Source: an uncultured Fibrobacterota bacterium
GTDB taxonomy: Bacteria; Fibrobacterota; Chitinivibrionia; Chitinivibrionales; FEN-1185
DNA length: 64,000 nt
Direction: 5' to 3'
Assembly: GCA_963729895.1 (NCBI GenBank)
Contig: CAVSQB010000012.1
Span: forward strand, 75,998-139,997
Both the position numbers and the translations under genes were made by a program. Below are positions 1 through 10,236 of the stretch, in pieces. Within the stretch, counting starts at the first letter, position 1. Each line of letters opens with the position of its first letter. The notes below the pieces were generated by a model. The model had not been told where the DNA came from and did not search any database. It was given only the letters and a program-made list of their open reading frames with translations.

Positions 1-385
1 ACGACCGCTCGTCAAGGGAGGGGTGATGCTTGCCGGCGATGCCGCTCATATGATGAATTGCGTGAGCGGAGCCGGGATAGCGTATGCGCTCTATTCCGGA
101 AGAACAGCCGGAACAGTGGCGGCAGAGTCGTTCTCGGGAGGAACCTGTTCCCACGAATCGCTCAAGAAGTATCAGGACCGGTGGGCTTCGTTCTACGGCA
201 GGCAACAGGACCGGTCGTATGCGATCAAGGAAGTGATGGTGGGATTCACGGATGTTTTTCTCGACGGAGTCGCTCGCTCCGTTACGAAGAATGGAGCGAA
301 AAAGATGACCATCTTGTCTATATTTGTCAAAGCATTCATCAACCGCCCTTTGCTTTTGCTCAAGGTAATGCGCTTGCTGCGGTGA
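1..385 (+). CDS. FAD-dependent oxidoreductase, geranylgeranyl reductase-like (C-terminal part; 5' end outside window)
   Basis: LAGDAAH...SGAGIAYALYSG matches the GDAA..GxGI..A..SG FAD motif of GGR-family flavoproteins; frame open from window edge. Confidence 0.7.
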   Translation, partial: RPLVKGGVMLAGDAAHMMNCVSGAGIAYALYSGRTAGTVAAESFSGGTCSHESLKKYQDRWASFYGRQQDRSYAIKEVMVGFTDVFLDGVARSVTKNGAKKMTILSIFVKAFINRPLLLLKVMRLLR

Positions 386-653
386 TCCTCGCCTTTGCAA
401 GGACTCAACGTTGGCGTTATCTTCCTCGCCCGTTGCATAACCGTATTCCTCCAGAAAGTATTCTTTCCTTGCAGCACCCGTACCGTGCGGCGTGCGGCGC
501 GCGGCACGCACATGATCGAGTGAAGACGCCGAATGTCCACTTTCCATCGGCGCGGCACCTCATTTTATTAAAGTACCTGCCGGAGCTATAAACTATTTTT
601 TGCGGGTTGTATCTGCGCTTTTCTGAAAAATGATTTTGCAAAGTAAAGGGGCC

Positions 654-2741
654 ATGATGGCGAAGGACGTGCTGCAGAGGGTGGCGGACAACATACGGGT
701 GCTTTCGGCCGCAATGGTGGAAAAAGCGAATTCCGGCCACCCCGGCGGAGCAATGGGCGGCGCAGATTTCATCGCCGTTCTGTTTTCCGAATTTCTGTCG
801 TATGATCCGAACGATATGAAATGGCCCAACCGCGACCGGTTCTTCCTTGATCCGGGCCACATGTCCCCGATGCTTTATTCGATTCTTCTGCTCACGGGAC
901 ATTTCACCATGGACGATATCCGCAATTTTCGCCAGTGGGGAAGCGTCACGCCCGGACATCCGGAACTTGACGTTGCGCGCGGGATAGAAAACACGGCCGG
1001 CCCTTTGGGCGAAGGGCACGCGATAGCGCTCGGCGCAGCTATCGCAGAACGGTTTTTTGCGGCTCGGTTCGGGGAGTGGCTTTCCCATAAAACGTATGGC
1101 TATATCTCCGACGGGGGCGTGCAGGAGGAAATTGCCCAGGGTGTGGGGCGTCTTGCCGGACATCTTGGACTTTCGAACTTTATTGTTTTCTACGATTCAA
1201 ATGCCGTTCAATTATCCACGCCGACCTCCTCTGTGACAAGTGAAGACACCGCAAAAAAATACGAGGCATGGGGATGGCGGGTGGAAACCATTCCGGGAAA
1301 CGACATCGCACACATTCGCAACGCACTGACGAAGGCGAACGCGGAAAAAACGCGTCCCACCCTTATCATCGGCGCGACAACAATGGCAAAAGGGGCTCTG
1401 GATGACAAGGGCGAATGCTTTGAGGGAAAAGTCGAAACGCACGGAATGCCGCTTTCCAAAGCGGGGGCCTCAGCGGAACTGACGATCCGGAACTGCGGGG
1501 GCGATCCCGGGAATCCTTTTGCAATATTCCCTGATGTACAAGAGTATGTCGCCGCAGTCCGCGAGCGAAAAATAGGCGAGGCGGGCTTGAAACGAATGCG
1601 GCAGGAGCAGTGGGAAAGAGAAAATCCCGAACTTTCCGGAAAACTTCGCCGATTCTGGTCCGGCGAACTTCCCCTCATCGACTACGGAAGCATCGAACAC
1701 AAACCGAATGCGGCAACCAGAGTGGCATCGGGAAAAGTGCTCTCGGTATTTGCGCAAAAAGTTGAGAACATGATCGTTTCTTCGGCCGACCTGTGCAACA
1801 GCGACAACACCGACGGGTTCCTCAAGGGTGGTTCGAGGATATTCACCAGAGGCGATTTCGGCGGAGGATTCCTCCAGGCGGGGGTCGCAGAGCACACCAT
1901 GGCCGGCATCATGAACGGAATTGCCCTGCACGGCGGCATCGTACCGGTGTGCGGCACATTCTTTGTCTTTTCCGATTTTATGAAACCGTCGCTGCGGCTG
2001 GCTGCTCTCATGAAACTGCCGGTCAAATATGTCTGGTCGCACGATTCATTCCGCGTGGGTGAAGACGGGCCCACTCATCAACCGATTGAGCATGAGGCCC
2101 AGGCGCGGCTTCTCGAAAAGATGAAGAATTCGGACGGCAAGAGAAGCATGCTTGTGCTCAGGCCGGCCGACGCGGCGGAAACAAGCATAGCGTGGAAAAT
2201 CGCGATGGAGAACAATCACGCTCCTACGGCGCTTTTGTTGTCGCGCCAGGCAATGCGCGATTTGCCCGCACCTTCGGGCGTACGGCGCTTCGATCACGCG
2301 AGCGGCGCCCGGCGCGGCGCGTACACCGTGTTTGAAACCGCGAAGACGCCGGACATCGTGTGCATCGCAAACGGGTCCGAGGTTGCAACGCTTGTTGACG
2401 CCGCACGAAAGCTGTCGGATTCCGGGCGGCTGTCGCTGCGGGTGGTATCGGTAATCTCGGAGGGATTATTTCACGACCAACCCATTGACTATCAAGAAAC
2501 GGTTATTCCCTTTGGCGTCCCGGTGTTCGGACTTACCGCCGGACTGCCCGTCACGCTGAGGGATGTGGCAGGCCTGTTCGGCGTTGTGCACGGCATGGAG
2601 AGGTTCGGCGCATCCGCGCCGTTTCCGGTGCTCGAGGGGAAATTCGGTTTTACGCCGGACGCAGTGGTCCCGCAAATCGAGGCTTTTTACGAGGACCATA
2701 AGCGATTGGTAGTCAGGTTGGCAGGCGCGCTCAAACGCTGA
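654..2741 (+). CDS. tkt: Transketolase
   Basis: ANSGHPGG, DRFFLDPGH, TPGHPE, GPLGEG, SDG ThDP motif, HDS.RVGEDGPTHQP, VLRPAD; ATG at 654 preferred over 630. Confidence 0.95.
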   Translation: MMAKDVLQRVADNIRVLSAAMVEKANSGHPGGAMGGADFIAVLFSEFLSYDPNDMKWPNRDRFFLDPGHMSPMLYSILLLTGHFTMDDIRNFRQWGSVTPGHPELDVARGIENTAGPLGEGHAIALGAAIAERFFAARFGEWLSHKTYGYISDGGVQEEIAQGVGRLAGHLGLSNFIVFYDSNAVQLSTPTSSVTSEDTAKKYEAWGWRVETIPGNDIAHIRNALTKANAEKTRPTLIIGATTMAKGALDDKGECFEGKVETHGMPLSKAGASAELTIRNCGGDPGNPFAIFPDVQEYVAAVRERKIGEAGLKRMRQEQWERENPELSGKLRRFWSGELPLIDYGSIEHKPNAATRVASGKVLSVFAQKVENMIVSSADLCNSDNTDGFLKGGSRIFTRGDFGGGFLQAGVAEHTMAGIMNGIALHGGIVPVCGTFFVFSDFMKPSLRLAALMKLPVKYVWSHDSFRVGEDGPTHQPIEHEAQARLLEKMKNSDGKRSMLVLRPADAAETSIAWKIAMENNHAPTALLLSRQAMRDLPAPSGVRRFDHASGARRGAYTVFETAKTPDIVCIANGSEVATLVDAARKLSDSGRLSLRVVSVISEGLFHDQPIDYQETVIPFGVPVFGLTAGLPVTLRDVAGLFGVVHGMERFGASAPFPVLEGKFGFTPDAVVPQIEAFYEDHKRLVVRLAGALKR

Positions 2742-2811
2742 CGGCGAATTTGCCCCGGGTGGGAAGCCCGCCCGGCCCTATGCCGACTCGAAATCCCAGG
2801 GAGGTATTCAT

Positions 2812-3339
2812 ATGAGAATCGGGGTTGTGGGCGACACTCACCGGAACGTGCAGTATCTGACTGACGCAGTCGATTGGCTTTCGGCGCGGCAAAAGATAGC
2901 CATGTTGTATCACCTCGGTGACGATTACGATGATGTAAAAGCGCTTGCCGAAAAGTATGTCGACATCGTGCAGGTGCCGGGGCTCTACGACGAACGATAT
3001 ACGAATGGCTCTCTTCCAAAAAAAATCATGGAAAATGTTCTTGGCATCAGGATTCTGCTCGTTCATTCCATGGAAAAGGATGTGACCAAGGACGACAAGA
3101 TGACCGCCGACATCATTCTTCACGGCCATTCGCACCGCAGCAGCATCACCCTCGAAGATGGTCTCTTGTGCATGAACCCTGGGCATCTCAAAGGGCCCAA
3201 GGACAAGAATTTTCCTCCCACATTCGGGCTACTTGACATACAGGACAAGAACATTCAGGCAAAAATATTCAGCCTCGATTTCAAATTGGTGTCGTCCATG
3301 GAGCTCTTCCGGTCGGAAAATAGACTTTACAAAGTGTAG
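2812..3339 (+). CDS. Metallophosphoesterase, YfcE/MJ0936-like
   Basis: GDTH, HLGD, HGHSH, NPG motifs; GGAGG RBS upstream. Confidence 0.85.
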   Translation: MRIGVVGDTHRNVQYLTDAVDWLSARQKIAMLYHLGDDYDDVKALAEKYVDIVQVPGLYDERYTNGSLPKKIMENVLGIRILLVHSMEKDVTKDDKMTADIILHGHSHRSSITLEDGLLCMNPGHLKGPKDKNFPPTFGLLDIQDKNIQAKIFSLDFKLVSSMELFRSENRLYKV

Positions 3340-3437
3340 CACCGACATGCCAAGGAGAAAGTCAACCGCTGCCCGGCCGCCGGGTCGGGAAGTTTTGATT
3401 TTCGTTCGCGCACCTCATGCAAGGCGCATTGCTTCCA

Positions 3438-5432
3438 ATGGATAGTTCATTCCTCAGCACAACGGTTATCGTTTTCGGGCTTTCCATTCTTGTTCTTCTC
3501 CTTTGTTACCGCCTGAGAATTCCAACAATCGTCGGTTTTCTTCTCACCGGCGTGCTTGCGGGGCCTGCGGGGTTCGGGCTCGTTACTCATCAGAAAGAAG
3601 TTGAAACTCTTGCCCAAATCGGAGTAGTCCTGCTTCTATTCAGCATCGGCATTGAGTTCTCCCTAAAGAATCTTGTCCAGATCCGAAAGACGGTCTTCGT
3701 GGGGGGAACGCTTCAGGTGCTCCTCACGGTGGCTGCGGCAACCCTGGTATCTCTGCTGCTCGGCCGGACGCTTGCACAGTCCGTGTTCATGGGATTTCTT
3801 CTTTCGCTCAGCAGCACGGCAATAGTCCTCAAGCGGTACCAGGAAAAGGCGGAAGTGGAAAGTCCGCAGGGTAAGACCAGCCTCGGCATATTGATCTTCC
3901 AGGATCTTGCCGTAGTTCCCATGATGCTGCTCATTCCCATCATGTCCGGCACAGCAACGAATCTTGGTTCGTCTGTGGCCGTGCTGCTTGTGAAAATTGC
4001 CGGGATTGCCGTGTGTATGGTGGCCTTGATAAAATGGGTTGTTCCTCACGTCCTTTTCTGGGTCGCAAAAACGAGGAGCCGGGAGCTTTTTCTTCTCTCC
4101 ATTATCGTCGCATGCTTTTCCATTGCATGGCTCACCTCCAGCGCCGGCCTGTCGCTCGCGCTCGGGGCGTTTCTTTCAGGCCTCATATTGTCGGAATCGG
4201 AATACAGCTATCAGGCGCTCGGTTCCATCCTTCCATTCCGCGACGTTTTTACCAGTGTATTCTTCATTTCGATAGGCATGCTGTTCGACATCGATTTCTT
4301 CCTGCAGCATCCTGTTCTCATCGTGCTGTGTGCGGCATGCGTTCTTGTGGGAAAAGTTCTCATCGCATCGGTGGTACCCGCTCTTCTCGGATTTCCGTTG
4401 CGTACCATGGCTCTTGTCGGGCTCGCGCTCGGACAGGTGGGCGAGTTTTCGTTCATCCTGGCTCGCGCGGGATTGGATTTTCACCTGCTCGACAGGAACT
4501 CCTACCAGGTCTTTCTGGGGGTTTCCATTTTGACAATGGCGGCAACGCCCTCTATCATGGCATCGGGGTCCTGGATAACCGACAGGCTGCTGTCGCTTCC
4601 GTTCCCAAAACGCATCCGCTCCGGCCTGCAAAGCGGCAATGAGGCGGCCGGCGCAGACCAATCCCTCGCCTTAAGAGACCATCTGATCATCATTGGCTTC
4701 GGGGTGAACGGACGAAACGTGGCGCGGGCGGCAAAAGCGGCGGGGATTCCCTATGTGATAACCGAAATGAACCCGGACACGGTCCGAAACGAAAAAGCGG
4801 CAGGCGAGCCGATTTTCTACGGTGACGCCACCCAGGAAGCCGTATTGTCGCATGTGAAGGTGCGCCAGGCGCGCGTGGTTGCCGTGGGAATACCCGACTT
4901 CGTTGCAACGAGGCGGACGGTTGAAATCGCCAGGAAGCTCAATCCATCGGTCCACATCATCGCACGGACGCGCTTCTTCCAGGAGGCCGGGCCCCTATAT
5001 GAACTCGGCGCCAGTGAGGTAGTTCCGGAAGAATTTGAGACCTCGGTTGAAATATTCACACGGGTGCTTATGAAATACCTTGTCCCTCGAGACAAGATCG
5101 AACAGTTCGTCGCGGAGGTTCGGTCCGACGGCTATCAGATGTTCAGGAGTCCTTCAGGTGAAAAGACGTCTTTTTCGGACCTCAGGTTTGCGCTTCCCGA
5201 TATGGAAGTAAACATGATGTGGGTAGGTGAGGGGTCGTTCCTGGCCGGCACGACAATTGCGGAAATCAACTTGCGGCGTACGTATGGAATAACGCTCCTG
5301 GCGGTCCGCAGGGAGGCGGAAGTAATCTCCAACCCGGACAGCAGCCTTGCGTTGCGCGCGGGCGACATCCTCGTTATATTGGGAAGGCCCGAGGACAACG
5401 TGAAGTTTACCGAAGCCCTTGCGGCCCGGTAA
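3438..5432 (+). CDS. CPA2/Kef-type cation:proton antiporter with TrkA-N and TrkA-C (RCK) domains
   Basis: ~12 TM segments, SLSSTAIV, ILIFQDLAVV, QVGEFSF, IIIGFGVNG Rossmann, YGDAT, C-terminal RCK_C. Confidence 0.9.
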   Translation: MDSSFLSTTVIVFGLSILVLLLCYRLRIPTIVGFLLTGVLAGPAGFGLVTHQKEVETLAQIGVVLLLFSIGIEFSLKNLVQIRKTVFVGGTLQVLLTVAAATLVSLLLGRTLAQSVFMGFLLSLSSTAIVLKRYQEKAEVESPQGKTSLGILIFQDLAVVPMMLLIPIMSGTATNLGSSVAVLLVKIAGIAVCMVALIKWVVPHVLFWVAKTRSRELFLLSIIVACFSIAWLTSSAGLSLALGAFLSGLILSESEYSYQALGSILPFRDVFTSVFFISIGMLFDIDFFLQHPVLIVLCAACVLVGKVLIASVVPALLGFPLRTMALVGLALGQVGEFSFILARAGLDFHLLDRNSYQVFLGVSILTMAATPSIMASGSWITDRLLSLPFPKRIRSGLQSGNEAAGADQSLALRDHLIIIGFGVNGRNVARAAKAAGIPYVITEMNPDTVRNEKAAGEPIFYGDATQEAVLSHVKVRQARVVAVGIPDFVATRRTVEIARKLNPSVHIIARTRFFQEAGPLYELGASEVVPEEFETSVEIFTRVLMKYLVPRDKIEQFVAEVRSDGYQMFRSPSGEKTSFSDLRFALPDMEVNMMWVGEGSFLAGTTIAEINLRRTYGITLLAVRREAEVISNPDSSLALRAGDILVILGRPEDNVKFTEALAAR

Positions 5433-5533
5433 GGCATGAGGGGGGCCTGATGATGATAAGGGTGTGGATCGGGACAGCGGTTGCGGGAAGGCGCCGGCGC
5501 TCCGCTCCCGATAAACGGCAGTCCGGTTGACGG

Positions 5534-6472
5534 CTACAACCTCTCGAATGCAGCGTTCACTTCCAGCCAATACTTGTCCATGCTCTTTGCCCGCTGGACT
5601 TTTGTCAGCACTTCTTCATTCCTCTTGAACGAGAACGAGAGAAAGCACCAGAGCTGCTTCAATTTCCCAAGCACCGTTACCTCGCCGCTGCCGAATTCCT
5701 GATACCCTCGTACAAGGTCTTCATGAAACCGGTAGAGCCGGTCCGCGAATGTATGGCGGCCGGTCCCAGCAATGCCCTTGAGCTCCTCAGGCAGGGCCGG
5801 ATTCATCAGCACGCCTCTGCCGATCATGAAGCTTTCGACATTTCCGAAACGGCGGGCGATGGCCTCAAACGATCTGCCGTCGACGATATCGCCGTTGTAA
5901 ACCACCGGGTGCCGTGAGAGCCTCAGGCACTTCTCAAAGGCTTCGAGGTTGGGTGTGCCGTCGTACATTTGCCTGGCGGTGCGAGGATGGATGATTAGGT
6001 CGGAAACCGGGAAATCGTTGAAGACGGGGAGTATTTCCAGAATTTCATCAGGGTCATCTCTGCCGAGCCGCGTTTTTATTGAAATACGGCACTTGACAGC
6101 CGGAATGACCGCAGACAAAAAATCGTGAATCATTCTTGGATACGGCAGCATGCCGGCCCCGCGCTTTTTGCTGACAACCACGGGGTAGGGGCAGCCGAGA
6201 TTCCAGTTTACCGTATGGTACCCCAGGGAACATAATTGGTTTGCCAGAACAACAAATTCATCCGCATCCTTGCCGATGAGCTGGGGAACCAGGCAATGAG
6301 ATTTGTTGTATTTCGGAAGAAGATCGCGAATGTGGGAGTCCCTGACCGCTTTTCCCTTCACGGTTGTGATAAAGGGAGCAAATTGAGCGTCGAGGCCGGA
6401 AAAATGCCGGGAGAGTGCATTTCGGAACACAAAATCCGTGTGACCGCGAAGTGGTGCTAGAATGAGCTTCAT
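5534..6472 (-). CDS. dus: tRNA-dihydrouridine synthase family protein
   Basis: LAPLRG.TD, PQLIG, NWNLGCP, SIKTRLG, IHPRT, YNGDI, MIGRG. Confidence 0.9.
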   Translation of the reverse strand: MKLILAPLRGHTDFVFRNALSRHFSGLDAQFAPFITTVKGKAVRDSHIRDLLPKYNKSHCLVPQLIGKDADEFVVLANQLCSLGYHTVNWNLGCPYPVVVSKKRGAGMLPYPRMIHDFLSAVIPAVKCRISIKTRLGRDDPDEILEILPVFNDFPVSDLIIHPRTARQMYDGTPNLEAFEKCLRLSRHPVVYNGDIVDGRSFEAIARRFGNVESFMIGRGVLMNPALPEELKGIAGTGRHTFADRLYRFHEDLVRGYQEFGSGEVTVLGKLKQLWCFLSFSFKRNEEVLTKVQRAKSMDKYWLEVNAAFERL

Positions 6473-6477
6473 GGAAA

Positions 6478-6999
6478 TTATTGAGGCGGGGTGACCGTTT
6501 TGTATCCAAAGTAAAATGCGATAAAGGCAGCGGTGAACCCGATGATCCAGTCAAAAGGGCGGATTCCGTCCACGAAGAAATAGAGAACCCTGTGGAAATC
6601 CATTTGACCAAGCACGGCAAGAAGGCTGATGCTTTTCTTGTGGGAATGGCTGATGGCCGCGGTCATGAAATTGCCTATGATCCAGGAAACGAGTGATATG
6701 CCTGCCCCGGCGATCCCGAAAGGCGGCGAGACCGCTTTCCCAAGGTACCGAACCGAAAACCCAATTGCGGCCGCTTCAACAAGCGCCATCCAGCCGATCT
6801 TATAACCCGTCATCTGGACAAGCAGGATCCAGACTATCAATGACACGACGGCAACGCCAACGCCGCCGACAATTCCCATTGCCAGGTTCTGCCGTTTTTG
6901 GAGATACAGCCAGTATTTTGAAAAGTCCTTCTGGTCCACCTCGAAAACAGGCTCGGATTCGCTGGCGGCGTTTTGGAGGTTTCCCGGTTCTCCGTTCAT
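6478..6999 (-). CDS. Hypothetical membrane protein (~4 TM)
   Basis: Hydrophobic segments; abuts dus in same orientation; start uncertain. Confidence 0.6.
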   Translation of the reverse strand: MNGEPGNLQNAASESEPVFEVDQKDFSKYWLYLQKRQNLAMGIVGGVGVAVVSLIVWILLVQMTGYKIGWMALVEAAAIGFSVRYLGKAVSPPFGIAGAGISLVSWIIGNFMTAAISHSHKKSISLLAVLGQMDFHRVLYFFVDGIRPFDWIIGFTAAFIAFYFGYKTVTPPQ

Positions 7000-7266
7000 T
7001 CCAGGTTCTTTCCATTCCACAGGGCAAAGACTTTTGAGAACATCCTGAGAAGAGAAAATACAGCATGCCATTGTACGCCGTAATGATTGCACATTGCAGT
7101 GAATCAGGCTCCGTGAATACTGGATGATGCTATCGCGATATTTGCGTGTTCATGTTAAGAGAGTCTTCGGAATGGCGCAGGCTCGAGCAACAAAACTGGA
7201 TAGGGCAGTGACACGTTTTGAACGTTCAATTTGTGTACATTTGGTCCATATAATGAAATTACTTAA

Positions 7267-7294
7267 AGTTTACATAATATATATTATGCGCCAT
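7267..7294 (-). other. dif: dif-like XerC/XerD recombination site
   Basis: Minus strand ATGGCGCATAA-TATATA-TTATGTAAACT; 11-6-11 layout; XerD arm and spacer equal B. subtilis dif, XerC arm close to E. coli GGTGCGCATAA; in AT-rich intergenic gap. Confidence 0.85.
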
Positions 7295-7434
7295 ATAGCT
7301 TGCACTCATATGATCATATGAAAACAAATTCACATACAATCGCACCTATTTCAAACAAGTAGTTCATCTACATACTCAATTACGTCTCCGAAAGTAGTCC
7401 GATTCTCATTGAGGTTGATGTGCTGCTATCCGAA

Positions 7435-7950
7435 TCAATACTCAATGCCTTTGCGTGCTCTTATGCCCTTTTTGAAGTAATGCCGTTTCTCCTTCATTTC
7501 GGTAACCAAATCAGCAAGTTGTGTGATTTCCTTTGGAGCGTTTCTGCCTGTGAGCACCAATTCCACGTTTGCCGGTCTATTCTTGATAATCTTCACAACA
7601 TCGTCTAACATAATGATTCCAAGGTTAATAGCGCAGTTAATCTCATCCATAATGACAAGTTGGTAGGCTCCCGAAAACATGGCCTTCAGGCAATTCTCAA
7701 GCCCTTTTCGCGCATTGGCAATGTCTCTCGGAGATGGTTTCATTATTATGAAACTCTTTGATCCGAATTGCATTACATCGATAGAGCCTGTATGTTTCCG
7801 GAGAGCCCACAATTCTGAATAGTTTCGCCCTTTAAGAAACTGCCCAATGTATACCTTAAGCCCTGCACCTGCAGCTCTTAATGCGAGACCGAACGCTGCC
7901 GTGGTCTTTCCTTTACCGTTTCCGGTGTAGACCTGAACAAACCCTTTCAT
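7435..7950 (-). CDS. cobO: Cob(I)yrinic acid a,c-diamide adenosyltransferase (CobO/BtuR type)
   Basis: VYTGNGKGKTTAAFGLALRA, QFLKG, IMDEIN, ELVLTGR, ADLVTEM...HYF..G..ARKGIEY. Confidence 0.93.
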   Translation of the reverse strand: MKGFVQVYTGNGKGKTTAAFGLALRAAGAGLKVYIGQFLKGRNYSELWALRKHTGSIDVMQFGSKSFIIMKPSPRDIANARKGLENCLKAMFSGAYQLVIMDEINCAINLGIIMLDDVVKIIKNRPANVELVLTGRNAPKEITQLADLVTEMKEKRHYFKKGIRARKGIEY

Positions 7951-7958
7951 CGTCTTCC

Positions 7959-9095
7959 CTATTTATTAGCTTCCCTGATCCTTTTGACCACTTTTTCCAT
8001 GATCGCAACAGCAGTATGCACTTCATCTTTAGTGTTTTCTCTTCCCAGGGAGAACCTCACCGCGCACACGGCGTCAACTTTTCTCCTTCCCATGGCCAGC
8101 AAGGTGCGAGACGCACTTATCGACCCGGAAGAACAGGCAGCGCCGCCCGAGGCACATATTCCCTCCTGGTCAAGCGATGCCAGCAGGGATTCCGTTTCAG
8201 CGCCGGGGATACACAGGTTCAACGTGCCCGGAATTCTCTGGTCCGGGTGGCCGTTCCTCAAGACACGCTCTATTTTCGATGAGATCTCGCTGTGCAGCAG
8301 CTCGGTAAGACCGCGCAATCGCACAGCGTCTTCTTCCATTGTTATATGGGCAATTTCCGCAGCCCGAACAAACCCGAGAATGGCTGGCAGGTTTTCGGTG
8401 CCGGTTCGCACATGACGTTCCTGGCCGCCTCCGAAGCTGCGGGGATTGATCCGTGTTCCCTGCCTAATGTAAAGCGCACCGCATCCTTTGGGACCGTAGA
8501 TCTTGTGCGAAGAAACCGACATGAGCGAAATTGACCCCTTTTCAACATTGACCGGTATCTTCCCAAAGGCTTGCACCGCGTCGCTATGAAAAGGAATGTT
8601 TCTTTTCTTGAGCATCTCCCCAATGCTCTGCACCGGCTGGACAGTGCCTATTTCATTGTTCGCAAACATGATTGAGACGAGCCTTGTGTTGTCGGTGACG
8701 CAGGCTTCCAGTTTGTCAATGGCAACCTGGCCATTGTCGTCTACCGGCGCCTGGGTGGCTTCAAAGCCTTTGGCCGAAAGGGTAAGCGCTGCCTCATGGA
8801 CTGCAGGGTGTTCAATGGCCGAAATCACCACAGAGCCGTTCTTGTGCCTGTCCATCATTCCGAGTATCGCAAGATTGTCGGATTCGGTCCCGCCGGAGGT
8901 AAAATAAATCTCCCTGGCAGATGCGCCGATAAGTCCGGCAAGACGTTCACGTGCGTTTTCGAGCCTGGCAAACGCTTTTCTCCCCACGGAGTGCGTTGAT
9001 GAAGGATTTCCCCAGAATTCCTCCATTGCATCACGCATGACGTCCAGGACCTCGGGCAAGATCGGAGTTGTGGCGTTGTGGTCGAAGTAAATCAT
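7959..9095 (-). CDS. Cysteine desulfurase (IscS/NifS family)
   Basis: YFDHNATTP, FTSGGTESDN, IEHPAV, ANNEIGT, HSDAVQ, SSHKIYGPKG, SGGAACSS. Confidence 0.93.
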   Translation of the reverse strand: MIYFDHNATTPILPEVLDVMRDAMEEFWGNPSSTHSVGRKAFARLENARERLAGLIGASAREIYFTSGGTESDNLAILGMMDRHKNGSVVISAIEHPAVHEAALTLSAKGFEATQAPVDDNGQVAIDKLEACVTDNTRLVSIMFANNEIGTVQPVQSIGEMLKKRNIPFHSDAVQAFGKIPVNVEKGSISLMSVSSHKIYGPKGCGALYIRQGTRINPRSFGGGQERHVRTGTENLPAILGFVRAAEIAHITMEEDAVRLRGLTELLHSEISSKIERVLRNGHPDQRIPGTLNLCIPGAETESLLASLDQEGICASGGAACSSGSISASRTLLAMGRRKVDAVCAVRFSLGRENTKDEVHTAVAIMEKVVKRIREANK

Positions 9096-9237
9096 TTCCT
9101 TATTCTTTCTCATGACAGTACATTCCGGAATTCCGCTGCAGGCGCCGACGCAATGCCCCATTCCCAGGAAAAATAGCAGGTATGCTGCGCGGCAGACAAA
9201 AAGAATTGCAGCCCGCAGTTTTTCAGGTCTTTCTATT

Positions 9238-10236
9238 TTAGTCCAGGCTGATCCCGCGCGCCTTTCTCACGAATAACAGCCACAGGAAGAAAGGACCGCC
9301 CAAGAGTGCGGTAATGACGCCAACCGGCATCTCCGCCGGCGCTATCACGACCCGCGCAAGGGTATCGCACAAGACAAGAAAAATGCCCCCGAAAAGAAAT
9401 GACGCCGGTCCAAGAACCGTGTGACCGGTCTTGAATACCATTTTGCAAATGTGCGGGGTCATGAGCCCCACAAATCCGATGGGGCCGCATACCGCAACAA
9501 TGCTGCCTACCATGAGCGTCGCGGCAAAGAGCAGCAGATTCTTCGTCCGGTTCACCCGTACTCCCCTGGTCTTGGCAAGGTCGTCGCCGACAAGCAAGTG
9601 GTCGAGCTCCGGAAGTTTGACTGCCAGGATGGCGGTGCCGAGCCCGAGGAATGGCGCCATGGAGAGAAACGGCTGGTATCCAAACACCTCAATTCCTCCC
9701 ATGAGCCAGCGTACAATATGGAACGAATCCCGAAGCGAACTCATGTACTGCATGAACATGAGCATGCTTGAAAAAAGAAAACTGATGGCAATGCCCGCCA
9801 GTAGCATGGTGAGATTTGTTGAAGCCCGCTGCAATGACGAAAGCACGTAAACGCACGCCATGGAAGCCGCTGCGCCGAGAAATGCGCCGAGCGAAATGTA
9901 GGGCACACCCGCCACCGCGCCGCTCATGCCGAGCAGAATGGTTGTCGCTGCGCCGCAGGATGCGCCGCTGGAGATACCAAGGGTAAATGGGTCCGCCAGC
10001 GGGTTGCGAAACATGGCCTGAAACATCATCCCGCATAAAGCCAGACCGCTCCCGGCGCTAAATGCCACCAGCACGCGGGGTATGCGAAGGGTCAGTAGGA
10101 TGGTGGCCTGCAAATCGCCGGCAAACAGGTGGCGTGGCGAAATGAATTGCATGCCGACAAAAGGGGCTGTTGCAAGGACCACGACTGCGGCGATGGAGAG
10201 GAACATGAGTTGAAGCAAGCTCGATCCGGTTTTCAT
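9238..10236 (-). CDS. btuC: FecCD/BtuC-family ABC permease (cobalamin)
   Basis: LRIPR, QAMFRNPLADP..LGISSGA, CGPIGFVGL..PH, PVGVIT.LLG.PFF; downstream of B12 riboswitch. Confidence 0.88.
   Translation of the reverse strand: MKTGSSLLQLMFLSIAAVVVLATAPFVGMQFISPRHLFAGDLQATILLTLRIPRVLVAFSAGSGLALCGMMFQAMFRNPLADPFTLGISSGASCGAATTILLGMSGAVAGVPYISLGAFLGAAASMACVYVLSSLQRASTNLTMLLAGIAISFLFSSMLMFMQYMSSLRDSFHIVRWLMGGIEVFGYQPFLSMAPFLGLGTAILAVKLPELDHLLVGDDLAKTRGVRVNRTKNLLLFAATLMVGSIVAVCGPIGFVGLMTPHICKMVFKTGHTVLGPASFLFGGIFLVLCDTLARVVIAPAEMPVGVITALLGGPFFLWLLFVRKARGISLD

Noticed and set aside
2754..2775. GC hairpin after tkt as a terminator or REP
   Set aside because: No U-tract and no second copy seen in the window
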